The translations under genes were made by a program, and so were the position numbers. This document shows, one piece after another, positions 26,391-39,190 of a stretch of 64,000 nucleotides of DNA. Numbering within the stretch: the stretch's first letter is position 1; every line of letters begins with the position of its first letter. The stretch covers positions 14,880,001 to 14,944,000 of the forward strand of contig OX597840.1 in assembly GCA_951406725.2 (NCBI GenBank), written 5' to 3'. The stretch is from Octopus vulgaris (lineage: Eukaryota). The notes below the pieces were generated by a model. That model worked only from the letters and a program-made list of their open reading frames with translations, made no database searches and was not told the DNA's origin.

Positions 26391-27005
26391 ATTTTCATAT
26401 ATACACAACAGATTAGACTGTTGAAAAAGAAAAAAATCTAACATCAGGCTACAACAAGTAACCTTAGATGTCAAGAACCCTCCTGAGTATCCTTATTATT
26501 GTTATTATTTCCTTTGCACAGCTTCTAACGCTGGAGATGTACTATAGTGTCAGCTGTTCACTACCAGTGAACTAAGGTGACACCCCTTATTTTTCAAGCA
26601 CCTTCCAGAGTATTCGAGTGACTGCAAGCTGTGCTCTTTTCTGCAAGTGCTCCATATTTATTGCAGCCCCTGTTTGTTCCATGTACTTCTCAAGATTTTT
26701 GCTCACTGTTCCCAGGGCTCCAACAATTATTGGTACTACTGCTACCTTTTTCATTGACCACAACTGCTTAACTTCCCAAGCTAACCTGTCATGTCTCTGA
26801 CTTTTCTTCCTTCCTTATCGCATACCTTGTTCTCAGCTGGGCATGTTATGCCTATGATCCAGCATAGTTTGTTTTCTCTCTCAATTAAGACTATGTCCGG
26901 CTTCCTATTCTCTATCTCATGGTCTCACTGAATCATAAAATCCCATAGGATCTTTGCATTTCTATTTTCGACAATGCCTTCAAATTATTATTTTTATTAT
27001 TATTA

Positions 27006-27037
<32 letters not shown>

Positions 27038-27124
27038 TTCATATATACACAACAGATTAGACTGACGAAAAAGAAAAAGTCTAACATCAGGCTACAACAA
27101 GTAACCTTAGATGTCAAGAACCCT
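26391..27124. repeat. ~90-bp direct repeat pair (26391-26481 and 27035-27124)
   Basis: attttcatatatacacaacagattagactg...agatgtcaagaaccct occurs twice, each after an (ATT/ACT)n run. Confidence 0.85.
26505..26965 (-). mobile_element. R4/Dong-like LINE 3' fragment, second subfamily
   Basis: KILWDFMIQ*DHEIENRKPDIVLI...IIGITCPAENKV...VVPIIVGALGTV...LQKRAQLAVTRILWKVLEK*. Confidence 0.85.
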
Positions 27125-27642
27125 GTTAAGTCTGCTTATTACTACTACTACTACTACTACTACTATTATTGAGTGAGAGAGCAGTGAATGCCATCAAAGT
27201 GACACTGGGGTAAAATATACGAAGTCCATTATACCCATCATGACTACCTGCTTGATAAAGATACACCAGGCACATGCATCACAGCCTTATGTGCACAACA
27301 TGCTGATCTCATTCCAAGATAAATAGCACATGACCTTCCAGGTGGGGCCCAGTTAGAATTTTCTTCAGGTCAACTAACCTTTCTCACTCAAAAGGTCTCT
27401 TCATATGTTTCCTAAATAAGGGTTGTTTAAGGATGTTGAACGAAACACTCATATTTCCAAAGGTAAATTATCCAAACCCCAAAGAATTCCTCTCAGCACA
27501 TGGCTATGATAATACTCCCCTACTACTTCAGCTCATAATTAGAGATGCATATATCGCCAGCCACTAAGGAACATGCTCAACTGGCTATGGTCAAACAACT
27601 GACAATGTACATGATAACACTTCCAATCAATTAAGATCGTTG

Positions 27643-27704
<62 letters not shown>

Positions 27705-27875
27705 TGGCATTTCTTCCAACTTTACATTCTGAGTTCAAGTGTCACTGAACTTTAATCCTTTGCCTTTAATCCTTTCAGTGTTGATAAAAGAAGTACCAGA
27801 TGTGCAATGAGATCAATGTAATTGACCTACCCTCTCCCCAGACTTGCTGGCTTTCTGCCAAAAGTTTGAAACCAT
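27705..27875 (+). mobile_element. SINE family B, degenerate
   Basis: acattctgagttcaag...gcctttaatcctttcagtgttgataaaagaagtaccag. Confidence 0.65.
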
Positions 27876-27903
27876 TATCATTATAATAATAATAATAATA
27901 ATA

Positions 27904-27942
<39 letters not shown>

Positions 27943-28739
27943 TCCAACAAATACTGTTTATATTTTAATCCCACCTCCATCAATATATAATTAAATCTTA
28001 TTAATGTACCCTTTGGCCCTTTGTCCTCCTAGGCTTCTGTGTTGCTGCCCCCTAACCCTTAGATTAATATAGCTCAGCTTATGACATACTGGCTTAATTT
28101 CATTGATAATGCCAAACTTTGTTTGCTATCTTCAACTTTTATGTCAAACTTATTGATCACATATTGATGATGTATTACTTCAATTGATTGATTTTTGTAT
28201 AGGCCAGGTCTCTCTTGATTGATCAAATATATGATGCAGCGGTTTTATTAGTACTGTCATGACATGATCATAACCATTTAGTTGAGAGACAAGTAAAAGA
28301 ACAATAATTAAAAAAATAAAGTCATTAAAAAATAATATTAGTTATTTGACTTGAACTGAAAAGGAAGGAGCAAGGTCATAACTGTTTCTAGAGGCTCTGA
28401 CCCTTATGAAAGAGGTTACAACCATAACTATGTCCAAAGACTCAGCCTTTGAAGGAGAAGGAGAAAGGAGGAACTTATCCTTACACTTGAGACTGACCTG
28501 GCCCTAAATGTTTACAATCAAGTGGGCTCCACTAAGTGCATACCCAGGGGCCAAATAATAGGTTAGATCTGACATTTGATTAAGTTTACAGCAATAGTCC
28601 TTAAAGTTTGTTGCTCACTTCTACCTTTTTTTCTGAATGGCATTTTACAAAAACCAAAAAGACAGCCAATGATTTAACAAGTGTCCCTTTGCATATGCAA
28701 TATTAAATATGTTAAATTGTATATGGAAAATATGGAAGA

Positions 28740-30155
28740 AAGTAAGGACTTATGTAATGGAATTATATTGGACCTTGCTATATCATTGGTCATGTTTTTA
28801 TTCACTGGTAATATAATGTCCTCCTACACATAGATATTTCTGTAGACTAGTGCCCTCTATGATTAAATTACTAAAGAAGCTGAGGACTTCTATAATAAAA
28901 TTATATTGGACCTTGCTACATCATCCGTCATCATTTTCTATTCACTTTTAACACAATGTCATCCAACTCATAGACATTTGTGTTGACTATTGCTTTCTAT
29001 GTTTAAATTGCTTTAGAGGCTGAGGACTTTTATGATGAAATTATAAGTGGATACCCAAAAGAAACCGGAATTTTACAATATTATTTTATCCACTTAGTTT
29101 TACATGTTTACACTTTTATTTCCTTCAAAGTATTCTTCATTTGAAGCAATGCATCACTCCAGACACATTTTCCACTGTTCAAAGCAATGCTGGAACACTT
29201 GCAAACTGATGCCTTTTAATGCCTCCATCGTGTTATTTTTCTTCACCACTTCTACATCTGCAAATTCCATAGCTCCAGCTTTCATCACAAGTGTTGACCT
29301 TCAAAAAGGTCCAGATCAACTTCCGACTGTTCTTTCCATTAACTACATGCATTCAGTCATGACTGCTTTTGATCTTCCGTGAGCAAGCAAGGCACAAATT
29401 TTGCTGCAACTTTTTTCATTTGCAATTCCTCACTCAAAATTCTTTGGTAGAAGGTCCAGGACACACCAATCATAGCAACAAGTCCATCAATTCTTCAGCG
29501 AGATCAATTCATGAATTTTTATGATGTTTTTATTCATTCAGGAGGTTGATGGATGTCCTGAATGAGGTTGGTCATCAAGTGATAAGTGATCATTCCTAAA
29601 GCCTGAAAACCACCTGTAAACATGTGTTTTGCCCATGGCAATATCCTTGTAAGCTGTTTGAAGCGTGACACCCATTTTGGTCCCTGTTTCCCTCAGCAGA
29701 AAACAGAATTTCATGGAAGCTTGTTGTTCCCTTTGTTTCAGTCATGGCAAAAATTGATGAAGAGGAGAGAAACACATCAAAATAATGATGCACCACGGGG
29801 CAGTATGACCCCACTGGACAATGCTGGTCAGCAGACTGATGCCTGAGAGTTATGTTAAGAGGCTTCTAGCAGTGGAAACCTGAACTACAATGGGCTTGTC
29901 TCTCAGAGAACGTTTCCGCTTACTTTTGGGACCCCCCCCCCATTATATTGGACCTTGTTACATCATCTGTTATATTTTTAATTCACTGATAACACAATGT
30001 CCTCCTAGACATAGATAATTTCTGTAGACTAGTTACCCTCTATATCTAAATTGCTAAAGAAGCTGAGGACTTCCATAATGAAATGATATTGGACCTTGTT
30101 ACCTCATCAGTCATCTTTTTCTGTTCACTGATAACAGGTAACACAATGTCTGACT
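28740..30155 (+). repeat. ~140-bp tandem repeat, about 4 units, interrupted by a mariner
   Basis: attggacc at 28767, 28905, 29947 and 30088. Confidence 0.8.
29044..29943 (-). mobile_element. Internally deleted mariner transposon
   Basis: TIRs ggatacccaaaagaaaccggaa / ttccgcttacttttgggacccc. N-term EQQASMKFCFLL...TAYKDIAMGKTHVYRWF, C-term FEQWKMCLE*CIASNEEYFEG. Confidence 0.85.
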
Positions 30156-30591
30156 CATATTTTATTCCTTACAAAAACGTGTTTTAAGCATGAAAATGTG
30201 TTTAAAATACATTTTAACTGATTTGTGCATTATGAAAATATCCCACCTTCCCACTTAAACATGCAGCTGCCCCTACCCACCGACCCAACAAAATGATAAA
30301 CAAGAATTCTTCAAAAGACAAAGCTAATTTTAAAAGAAATAAAATCAAAAATTTATGAAAATTTTCATTTATATTTTTAATTGTCATTAAAATTGGATAA
30401 TTAAATTTCAAGTTAATTCTTCTATTCCACATTTTTTAATTAACATATTTTAAATTTTTTTGCTACAAATTTTTCAACCAAGTTTTGTGTCTCCTCACAC
30501 ATGATCCACATTTTTCTTAGTCCATGGAATTTCTTCATTATTATCAGGGTAGCATTACTTTATCTTTGATGTTGATCTTCTTATATATGTA

Positions 30592-30624
<33 letters not shown>

Positions 30625-30664
30625 GTCTGCTTACATACCTACCTACCTACATATCTTATATATA

Positions 30665-30694
<30 letters not shown>

Positions 30695-30707
<13 letters not shown>

Positions 30708-32170
30708 GAGTTTGTGTGTGTGTGTGCGTATGTTCCTTATGCATTCCAAAACCGAGTTGCCGATTTTGATGCATGGCATATCAAAAGATTCAGTAGGCTT
30801 TTGGCTACCAAATAAGCTATATTTTCAGTCACATATTTGCATTACAAAAATTTAACATTGTCATTTTCCTTTTAGTCACCAATTGTAAACATTTTATATC
30901 ACCACTACAATGACAATGACGTCACATTTTCTATATGAATGTGTTCATGCGTCTGTTACCTACGTTAGCCTGATGACTGACAAGTATATGTGTGTGACGG
31001 TGTATGTGCCTGTCAGTATACATACATTTTTGTAACGACCGACACACAGAGGGAGAGAAATAGGCTTCAGGTGTGACTTAATGTATGTGTGTGTGTGCGT
31101 GTGTCTTAGTTTATGTATGTAACTTTCTCCCACCCAATAGTGAAACAAGTCAACATTGAAAGTTTAGTTGTAGCCTAGGCTTTAAACGAATAACAGCATT
31201 CACTTTGAAATACTACCAACATGAAGATTAAACACCACTCACAATACTTGCAAATATATCTGGAAAAGAAATATTATTCTGGTTTTTATAACAAATTCGG
31301 AAACTTGGCAAAGTAGAAAGCCTTAACGGCTCTTTCAATATAATTACAGAAATGTTATTCCACTGCTTCTAACCAGTTTCAAGATGTTTTTTTTAACAGT
31401 CCTTGTATTCTTCATCATTGTATCAACATCGCACAACCTTTTTACTGCGTTAGCCACTATTTATTCTACAGCCTATAACATTACACAGTTAAAAAATATA
31501 TAGTAATGTCAAATTAATTTATATCTTGCTACATACATCCTTCAGCAAATATTTTAAATTAACGTTACAACATATTCCTTTCTATACACTTGGTTTAGTG
31601 TTCATTTCAAAATTGTAAAGTAAATTATCTTTGTATGAAAAATTGAATTTATGCCTCCTGAATTTTCTTGGACTTTCACTTTCTTTACCATGATATTCAA
31701 TCATGAATTTTATAACAAGTTCCAAATAAACGTTGACTTTCTGTACTTTATTACATTGGTGACGCATAGTAACTTTTGCTAAATTGGAGACTTACCGTCT
31801 TTTCATAGCATATCTCTGCCACAGAAAGTATGTTTTGCATTTATATTGACTACATTTTATTTCACTTAAACTTCGTATGTGTACATTTTGCTGTTTTCAA
31901 TATTATCAATTCTATGAGTGTGTTTATGCGTTCCTTACATCTATAGTAAACTATAGTAAAGAACATTTTATGCTATTATTGTTCTTATTTTAGTTTCAGA
32001 ATAGCAACAGAATATTTAGCGATTGGAGAACTCAATACTGGGGATGAGTCAGATTTGCTGTAAAATTACTGTTGGTTAATTTAAAGTTTTTCCTGATCGT
32101 TTATTCAGTGTGACTGGTTGAATAATAATAGACCTCAGAAAGCTGAACCTTTCAGGTGAGATTACAAAGT
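30695..32170 (+). mobile_element. Possible non-autonomous Helitron-like element
   Basis: 5' tatataaaagagagtttgtgtgtg...tgttccttatgcattcc and a weak 3' hairpin ctgaacctttcag. No clean CTAG end. Confidence 0.35.
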
Positions 32171-32179
32171 ACGAGATAC

Positions 32180-32530
32180 CTGGTGCCTAGCCATACTCAA
32201 GAAGACTTGTACCCCATGATAGACGTGTTAAGACTGATCCTGCTGGTGGTGTAAAGCATTCTTGGCAGTGCCACTTAAGAGCACCCATGCAGTATCATAT
32301 AAAAGCACCTGTGAGGTGCTATATAAAAGCACCCACGTGGCACCACGTAAAGGAACTTATGAGGTGCCACATAAAAGCACCCAGCACACTCTGGAAGTGG
32401 TTGGTGTGAAGAAGGGCATCCAGCTGTAGAAACCATGCCAAATCAGACAGCAGAGCTTGGTGCGGTCTTCTGACTTGCCAGCTCCTGTCAAACCAGCCAA
32501 TCCATGCCAGCATGGAAAATGGACACTAGG
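32180..32530 (+). mobile_element. RTE/RTEX LINE 3' end
   Basis: aaaagcacccagcacactctggaagtggttggtgtgaagaagggcatccagctgtagaaac...ccatgccagcatggaaaatggac. Confidence 0.75.
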
Positions 32531-33129
32531 TGGTGGTGGTGGTGGTTGTTGTTGTTTCTTCTTCTTCTTCTTGTTCTTCTTCTTCTTCTTCATCCTAAAA
32601 ATATAAAACAGCTAGATTGAGCCTGTACTGTTTACCATATTATGACTCATAAACATTTTATTGGATAAACTAAGTACATGATTGATATAGATACAATCAA
32701 TTGAAAGACCCCTTTCCAGGTTATACCCCGGATGGCCACAAACCAGTGACTAAAACTAATTATGAAATTAGCTAAACATAAATTAGCAAAATGTGGTCTA
32801 TAAGTTAGTCCCACTAGAATTCAGTCTTTTAACAGTAAAATATAGTAAACTATAATTTAGATTGTATGTCACCCCTCAAACAATTTACTATGGTAATTTT
32901 ACCAAAACTTCAATCAAGTTGGTTTTAGAATTCATATATTTAAAAAATTTATTTGTTTCTTTTATTAATTATTGTTTACAAATTATTCAAAACAAAAAAA
33001 CAAAACCTCGCAAGTTTCTTTCATCATTTTTTAAAGTTTCTCCTCGTGAGATGATATTTTATGTAAAATATTGCAAAGCCATAATTTTCACCTCTTTCAT
33101 CTTTAACTATTTTGTATTAATTATTATAA

Positions 33130-33445
33130 GTGTGGGCATTGCAGTGTGGTAAGAAGCTTCCTTCACAACCACATGGTTCTGGGTTCAGTCCCACTATGTG
33201 GCACCTTGGGCAAGTGTCTTCTACTACAGCCTTATGAGTGGATTGGGTAGATGGAAACTGAAAGAAACCTGTCGTATATGTGTGTGTGTCTGTGTTTGTC
33301 CCACCACCATAGATTGAAAACCGATATGGGTGTGTTTATGTCCCCTATAACTTAGCAGTTTGGCAAAAGAGACTGATAGAATATGTACAGGCTTAAAATT
33401 AAGTACTGGGGTTGATTCATTTGACTAAAAATTCAAGGTGGTGCA
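33130..33445 (+). mobile_element. SINE family A, degenerate
   Basis: gtgtggtaagaagcttcc...gggttcagtcccact...gcaccttgggcaagtgtcttctact. Confidence 0.85.
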
Positions 33446-33499
33446 TTATGTTTGAGAACAAAATTTTAATTTAAGGTAAACAAAAATATTTATTAGAAA

Positions 33500-33817
33500 A
33501 CCAATGCATCTTTATAGAATTTGGAGCATGAGTTTCATAAGCCTTTTCCAAATCTTCAATGATCTGTGTTCCTTTCCATTTGAGTTTTACCAAAAATTTG
33601 ATATTCGACCTTATCTCAAAATATTTGTTTATCATGGTTGAAAAAGTAGCTTCTCTTTTAGAGGGTCTGAACAATACAGAGGCTTGCATGAAACTGATTG
33701 CAGGTAACTAAAAGCAAGGTAAACACCCAGTGAAGTGTTCTGACATGTTTTAACTTGTTTAAACTTGATAATTTTATTGCTATTAAAAGATTCCGCAAAC
33801 TTTTTGATCCACCCTCG
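33500..33817 (-). mobile_element. Mariner 5' fragment
   Basis: TA plus TIR cgagggtggatcaaaaagtttgcggaa on the minus strand; transposase N-term FEIRSNIKFLVKLKWKGTQIIEDLEKAYETHAP. Confidence 0.8.
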
Positions 33818-34903
33818 TATGTGTGTGTATGCATGAGTGTGTGCGTGCATGTATGCGCATATGTATGTGTATATGCATGTGTGTGTGTGTATGATGTAAG
33901 TGAAGACAAGAGAGGTAAACAGCAGTCAGTACCAAAAGGAATATGTTATTTATGAATTGTAGTCTGACGATTGGAAATATGAAATTCTAATAACCAGGTG
34001 TGAGATGTCACCTGTTGCAATCACATATCCAGCAGGTTGGTGGGTGGGGCAGGTTTATGTCTTTTGCTGATTTAAATCTGCAAAGAATGTAAACATGGCT
34101 GAATAAAATGCAAGATAAATAAAAAAAGAAGCCAAATGGCTGTTTACAACAGACAATGTTTTCCAGTTCCAAATTACACCGAAGCAGAGTTGCCACCTTT
34201 ACTGTTGGAAATTCACTGAACCAAAGATTAGTTTGTTGTAAACCATTCAATCATTGGCACTGTTTTTAACCATTTCTAATATATAATAAATACAATAAAT
34301 AAAAAGATCAATAAATTATACTTTCCCGGTGATTGATTTTCCTATTATCATACAAGTGGTTGCCATTCCGTTTTCTAAAATTAGATTGTATAAATAGTTT
34401 CTCTACCACGATTCTATTGTATTTATTTACATAATTTTGAAAATAAATGGATTAACAGCAACAATGATAGAAAAAAAAAAACTAAATTTAATTGTGTTGC
34501 ATAAATAATTCAGATAAATTCACAGATCAATTAATAATTCAAGTAAATTTACAAAGTGCGTTCTAATTAATAACGACAAATTCCGTAAATTTTACAATTA
34601 ATTCTGTCCAACTGAAGGAATGATATAACAACACAATTAGCAATCAATAATATGTGTATAAATATATAGATATATAAAGTAGATATATATGTGTGTGTGT
34701 ATATGTATGCATTTATTTCTATGTTGATATATCATCATCATCATCATCATCATTTAACGTCCGCTTTCCATGCTAGCATGGGTTGGACGGTTCAACTGGG
34801 TTCTGGGGAGCCCGAAGGCTGCACCAGGCCAGTCAGATCTGGCAGTGTTTCTACAGCTGGATGCCCTTCCTAACGCCAACCACTCCGAGAGTGTAGTGGG
34901 TGA

Positions 34904-35090
34904 TTTTATGTGCCACCGACACAGGTGCCAGACGAGGCTGGCGAACGGCCACGCTCGGATGGTGTTTTTATGTGCCACCGACACAGGTGCCAGACGAGGC
35001 TGGCGAACGGCCACGCTCGGATGGTGTTTTTATGTGCCACCGACACAGGTGCCAGACGAGGCTGACGAAGGGCCACGATCGGATGGTGTT
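34904..35090. repeat. 61-bp tandem repeat x3 within the RTE 3'UTR
   Basis: ttttatgtgccaccgacacaggtgccagacgaggctg... at ~34904, 34965 and 35026. Confidence 0.9.
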
Positions 35091-37085
35091 TCTTACGTGC
35101 CCACAGCACGGAGGCCAGCCGATGCAGTACTGGCTACGGCCACGTTCGGATGGTTTTCTTGTGTGCCACCGGCACTGGTACCACAAAGATACAAATTCCA
35201 TTGATGTTCATCTATTTTGATTTGATTTGATTTGATTTTCACTTGCCTCAACAGGTCTTCACAAGTGTCACAAGAAGGAAGGAAGGAAGGTATGCACAGG
35301 TGAACTGACAACGTCCCAGGTAGGGGCCACGGGTTATGGCCTGACTAGTCTTGCCGGGTCTTCGGATGATGTTTTTATGTGTCTCCGACACAGGTGCCAG
35401 ATGGATGGTGTTTGTTACGTGCCCACAGCACGGAGGCCAGTCGATGCGGTACTGGCTACGGCCACGTTCGGATGGTTTTCTTGTGTGCCACCGGCACTGG
35501 TACCACAAAGATACAAATTCCATTGATGTTCATCTATTTTGATTTGATTTGATTTGATTTGATCACTTGTCTCAACAGGTCTTCACAAGTGTCACAAGAA
35601 GGAAGGTATGCACAGGTGGACTGACTACGTCCCAAGTAGAGGCCACGGGTTATGGCCTGACTAGTCTTGCCGGGTCTTCGGATGGTGCTTTTATGTGCCA
35701 CCGACACAGGTGCCAGATGAGGCTGGCGAACGGCCACGATCGGATGGTGTTTGTTATGAGCCCACAGCACAGAGGCCAGTCGATGCGGTACTGGCTACGG
35801 CCATGTTCGGATGGTTATCTTGTGTGCCACCGGCCCTGGTACCACAAAGATACAAATTCCATTGATGTTCATCTATTTTGATTTGTTTTGATTTGATCAC
35901 TTGCCTCAACAGGTCTTCACAAGTGTCACAAGAAGGAAGGTATGCACAGGCGGACTGACTACGTCCCAGGTAGGGGCCACGGGTTATGGCCTGACTAGTC
36001 TTGCCGGGTCTTCAGATGGTGTTTTTATGTGCCACCGACACAGGTGCCTGATGAGGCTGGCGAACGGACATGATCGGATGGTGTTTGTTACGTGCCCACA
36101 GCACGGAGGCCAGTCGATGCGGTACTGGCTACGGCCACGTTCGGATTGTTTTCTTGTGTGCCACCGGCACTGGTACCATAAAGATACAAATTCCATTGAT
36201 GTTCATCTATTTTATTTTGATTTTCACTTTCACTTGCCTCAAAAGGTCTTCACAAGTGTCACAAGAAGGAAGGTATGCACAGGTGGACTGACTACGTCCC
36301 AGGTTGGGGCCACGGATTATGGCCTGACTAGTCTTGCCGGGTCTTCGGATGGTGTTTTTATGTGCCACCGACACGGGTGCCTAGTCTTGCCGGGTCTTCG
36401 GATGGTGTTTTTATGTGCCACCGACACAGGTGCCGGATGAGGCTGGCGAACGGCCACGATCGGATGGTGTTTGTTACGTGCCCACAGCACGGAGGCCAGT
36501 CGATGCAGTACTGGCTACGGCCACGTTCGGATGGTTTTCTTGTGTGCCACCGGCACTGGTACCACAAAGATACAAATTCCATTGATATTCATCTATTTCG
36601 ATTTGTTTTGATTTTTTTGATTTTTTTTTTTTGATTTTCACTTGCCTCAACAGGTCTTCACAAGTGTCACAAGAAGGGAGGTATGCACAGGTGAACTGAC
36701 TACGTCCCAGATAGGGGCCACGGGTTATGGCCTGACTAGTCTTGCCGGGTCTTCGGATGGTGTCTTTATGTGCCACCGACACAGGTGCGAGATGAGGCTG
36801 GCGAACGGCCACGATCGGATGGTGTTTGCTATGTGCCCACAGCACGGAGGCCAGTCGATGCGGTACTGGCTACGGCCACGTTCGGATGGTTTTCTTGTGT
36901 GCCACCGGCACTGGTAACAAAGATACAAATTCCATTGATGATCATCTATTTTATTTTGATTTTCACTTTCACTTGCCTCAACAGGTCTTCACAAGTGTCA
37001 CAAGAAGGAAGGTATGCACAGGTGGACTGACTACGTCCCAGGTAGGGGCCACGGGTTATGGCCTGACTACTCTTGCCGGGTCTTC
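35040..37085. repeat. ~330-bp tandem repeat x6 within the RTE 3'UTR
   Basis: cttg(c/t)ctcaa(c/a)aggtcttcacaag landmark at ~35242, 35566, 35900, 36233, 36641 and 36972. Confidence 0.95.
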
Positions 37086-38012
37086 TCACGCACAGCATAC
37101 TTCCATAGGTCTCGGTCTCTAGTCATTTCCTTAGTGAGACCTAAAGTTCGAAGGTCGTGCTTCACCACCTCGTCCCAGGTTTTCCTGGGTCTACCTCTTC
37201 CACAGGTTCCCTCAACTGCTAGGGTGTAGCACTTTTGCACACAACTATCTACAGCCATTCTCGTCACATGACCATACCAGCGCAGCCGTCTCTCTTGCAC
37301 ACCACAATTGACGCTTCTTAGGTTCAACTTTTCTCTCAAGGTACTTACACTCTGACGATTATGAACACTGACATTACACATCCATCGGAGCATACTGGCT
37401 TCATTTCTTGCAAGCTTACGCATATCCTCAGCAGTCAATGCCCATGTTTCACTACCATGTAGCATGGCTGTACGTACACACGCATCATACAGTCTGCCTT
37501 TCACTCTGTGCGAGAGGCCTTTTGTCACCAGCAGGGGTAAGAGCTCTCTAAACTTTGCCCAAGCTATTCTTACTCTAGCAGTTACACTTTCAGCACACCC
37601 ACCCTCGCTACTGACTTGGTCTCCTAGGTAGCGGAAGCTATCAACTACTTCTAGTTTGTCTCCCTGGAACGTGGTAGAAGTTGGTCTCTGCACATTTCCA
37701 GTGTTACACACACACACACATATATACACATATGTACATACATACATGCACACACATACACATGCACATATACATACAGTAATAGAGTAGTGTGATGCCA
37801 AAACATCTTGGTACAAGCAACTAGTTAGCATGAAGTGTATATACAACTTGCATAGATGACAAATAGCAGATGATACTTGATCAACAAAGTTTGTTAACCA
37901 ACTTGTTATACATCTCCTCCCTTACTGAATTTGATGAGGTTTTCATAAGGTGGCTGCAATTATGCAACTCGTGATTTAGCGACAAAGATTGGTAATTATG
38001 TGACTATGAATT

Positions 38013-38211
38013 GTATAGGGAATGGAGAACGTAATCCATGCAACATATGTTTCTGAGAAAAACTAAATATGTGTTATGTAACTTAAAGATGTAACATGAA
38101 TTCAGAAATGTCAAGCTGAACTTATATGTTATAACTTTAAGTTATATAAAACATGTTCAACTTACCTTGGAAACATATGTAGTATGGTGTTACCTCCTCC
38201 ATTCCCTACAC
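38013..38211. repeat. Imperfect ~200-bp foldback palindrome
   Basis: gtatagggaatggag...catatgtttc...taacttaaag..ttcag pairs with ctgaac...ctttaagtta...gaaacatatg...ctccattccctacac. Confidence 0.75.
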
Positions 38212-38238
38212 CTAACAATATATATATATATATGTATG

Positions 38239-38280
<42 letters not shown>

Positions 38281-38283
<3 letters not shown>

Positions 38284-38720
38284 GTCGTTGTCAACTTACA
38301 AGCTATCCAACTTATGACTGGTCAACTTTATGGCAATTGGCGTGCTAGCTCCTAGCAGCAAAAATAAATAGTCCAGTTAAAATCTAATGGGTTTAATTTC
38401 TTAGAAATTAACCTGTCTATGGATGATGTCAGCTAACAGATGCTTCCCCTAGGTTTGGTTTTTGGTCACCACTGTGTTGGATGACAATCCTGTCACGGAG
38501 ACACTGAGGCAACCTAATATTTGTTTATAAGGCTGCTTGAGACTCTAAAATTTTTGACTAATGCCAGTATAATAGTATAATACAGAGTGCTGCATGTGAC
38601 TTTTACCTGAGAGGGTACCTTAACAATGTAAAAAATATAACACAAAGCTATGTAGGCCTTTAGGCTGACTTATGACCAGTCAGTTGGAACCAATTGTGGT
38701 AGTAAGTCAACAACAACCTG
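38281..38720. mobile_element. Tc1/mariner (pogo/Tigger-like) MITE
   Basis: TA|caggtcgttgtcaacttac ... gtaagtcaacaacaacctg|TA. Confidence 0.8.
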
Positions 38721-38829
38721 TATATATATATATGTACTAGCAGAATTGCCCGGCGTTGCTCGGGGTTGAATTGCTTGAAAGTACTGTTAATGATTGCACT
38801 GAATTATGATGATTATTCAGGCAAATATT

Positions 38830-39190
38830 GATATAAGTTTACGGTGGGAGATAAGGACTTAACGATCAAACGTGTGCCATTGCATTGTTTTGGGGGAACC
38901 AAATTTCTGATGAGCATTATAGGGGCACCAACTTTAAGTTTGAGAAAGTGTGGTGGTAGTCCGGGGTACTCAAAGGAATTGAGTACCTCTATTGGATAGT
39001 TGATGACGTCCTCTGGGTCAGGAGTTGTATTGATAGACTGATATACATAGACTTCCCCAGGAATGAGTTTTAGCATTTCATCATTAATATGGTGAACAGT
39101 TTTATTCCTCGGGGCGAGTATAGCCTTTTTGCCAATCCAATCCATATTCTGATAATTAGCTTGTAGATCTTGGGAACACTGCATCTCTGA
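38830..39190 (-). pseudogene. Helitron PIF1-like helicase fragment
   Basis: AILAPRNKTVHHIN...YPIEVLNS...GLPPHFLKLKVGAPIMLIRNL.P...CNGTRLIVK. Confidence 0.9.

Larger units (their letters stand above)
34733..37700 (-). mobile_element. 5'-truncated RTE/RTEX LINE with tandemly expanded 3'UTR
   Basis: Uninterrupted C-terminal ORF (LEVVDSFRYLG...AMLHGSETW...RRLRWYGHVTRM...GRGRPRKTW...KTRQE*, stop at 37067), a ~2.3-kb 3'UTR, ccatgctagcatgg hairpin and (GAT)n tail. Confidence 0.95.

Noticed and set aside
33963-33990. CTGACGA...GAAA hammerhead-like string
   Set aside because: No convincing stem II or stem I pairing.
34904-37085. Regular repeats suggestive of a CRISPR array or retrozyme tandem
   Set aside because: Units are contiguous with no unique spacers and lie in a LINE 3'UTR. 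CTGATGA (~36048) occurs in only one unit and has no GAAA partner.
38166-38211. Minus-strand AG...AAG|GTAAGT mini-exon
   Set aside because: It lies in one arm of a foldback repeat and lacks a polypyrimidine tract.
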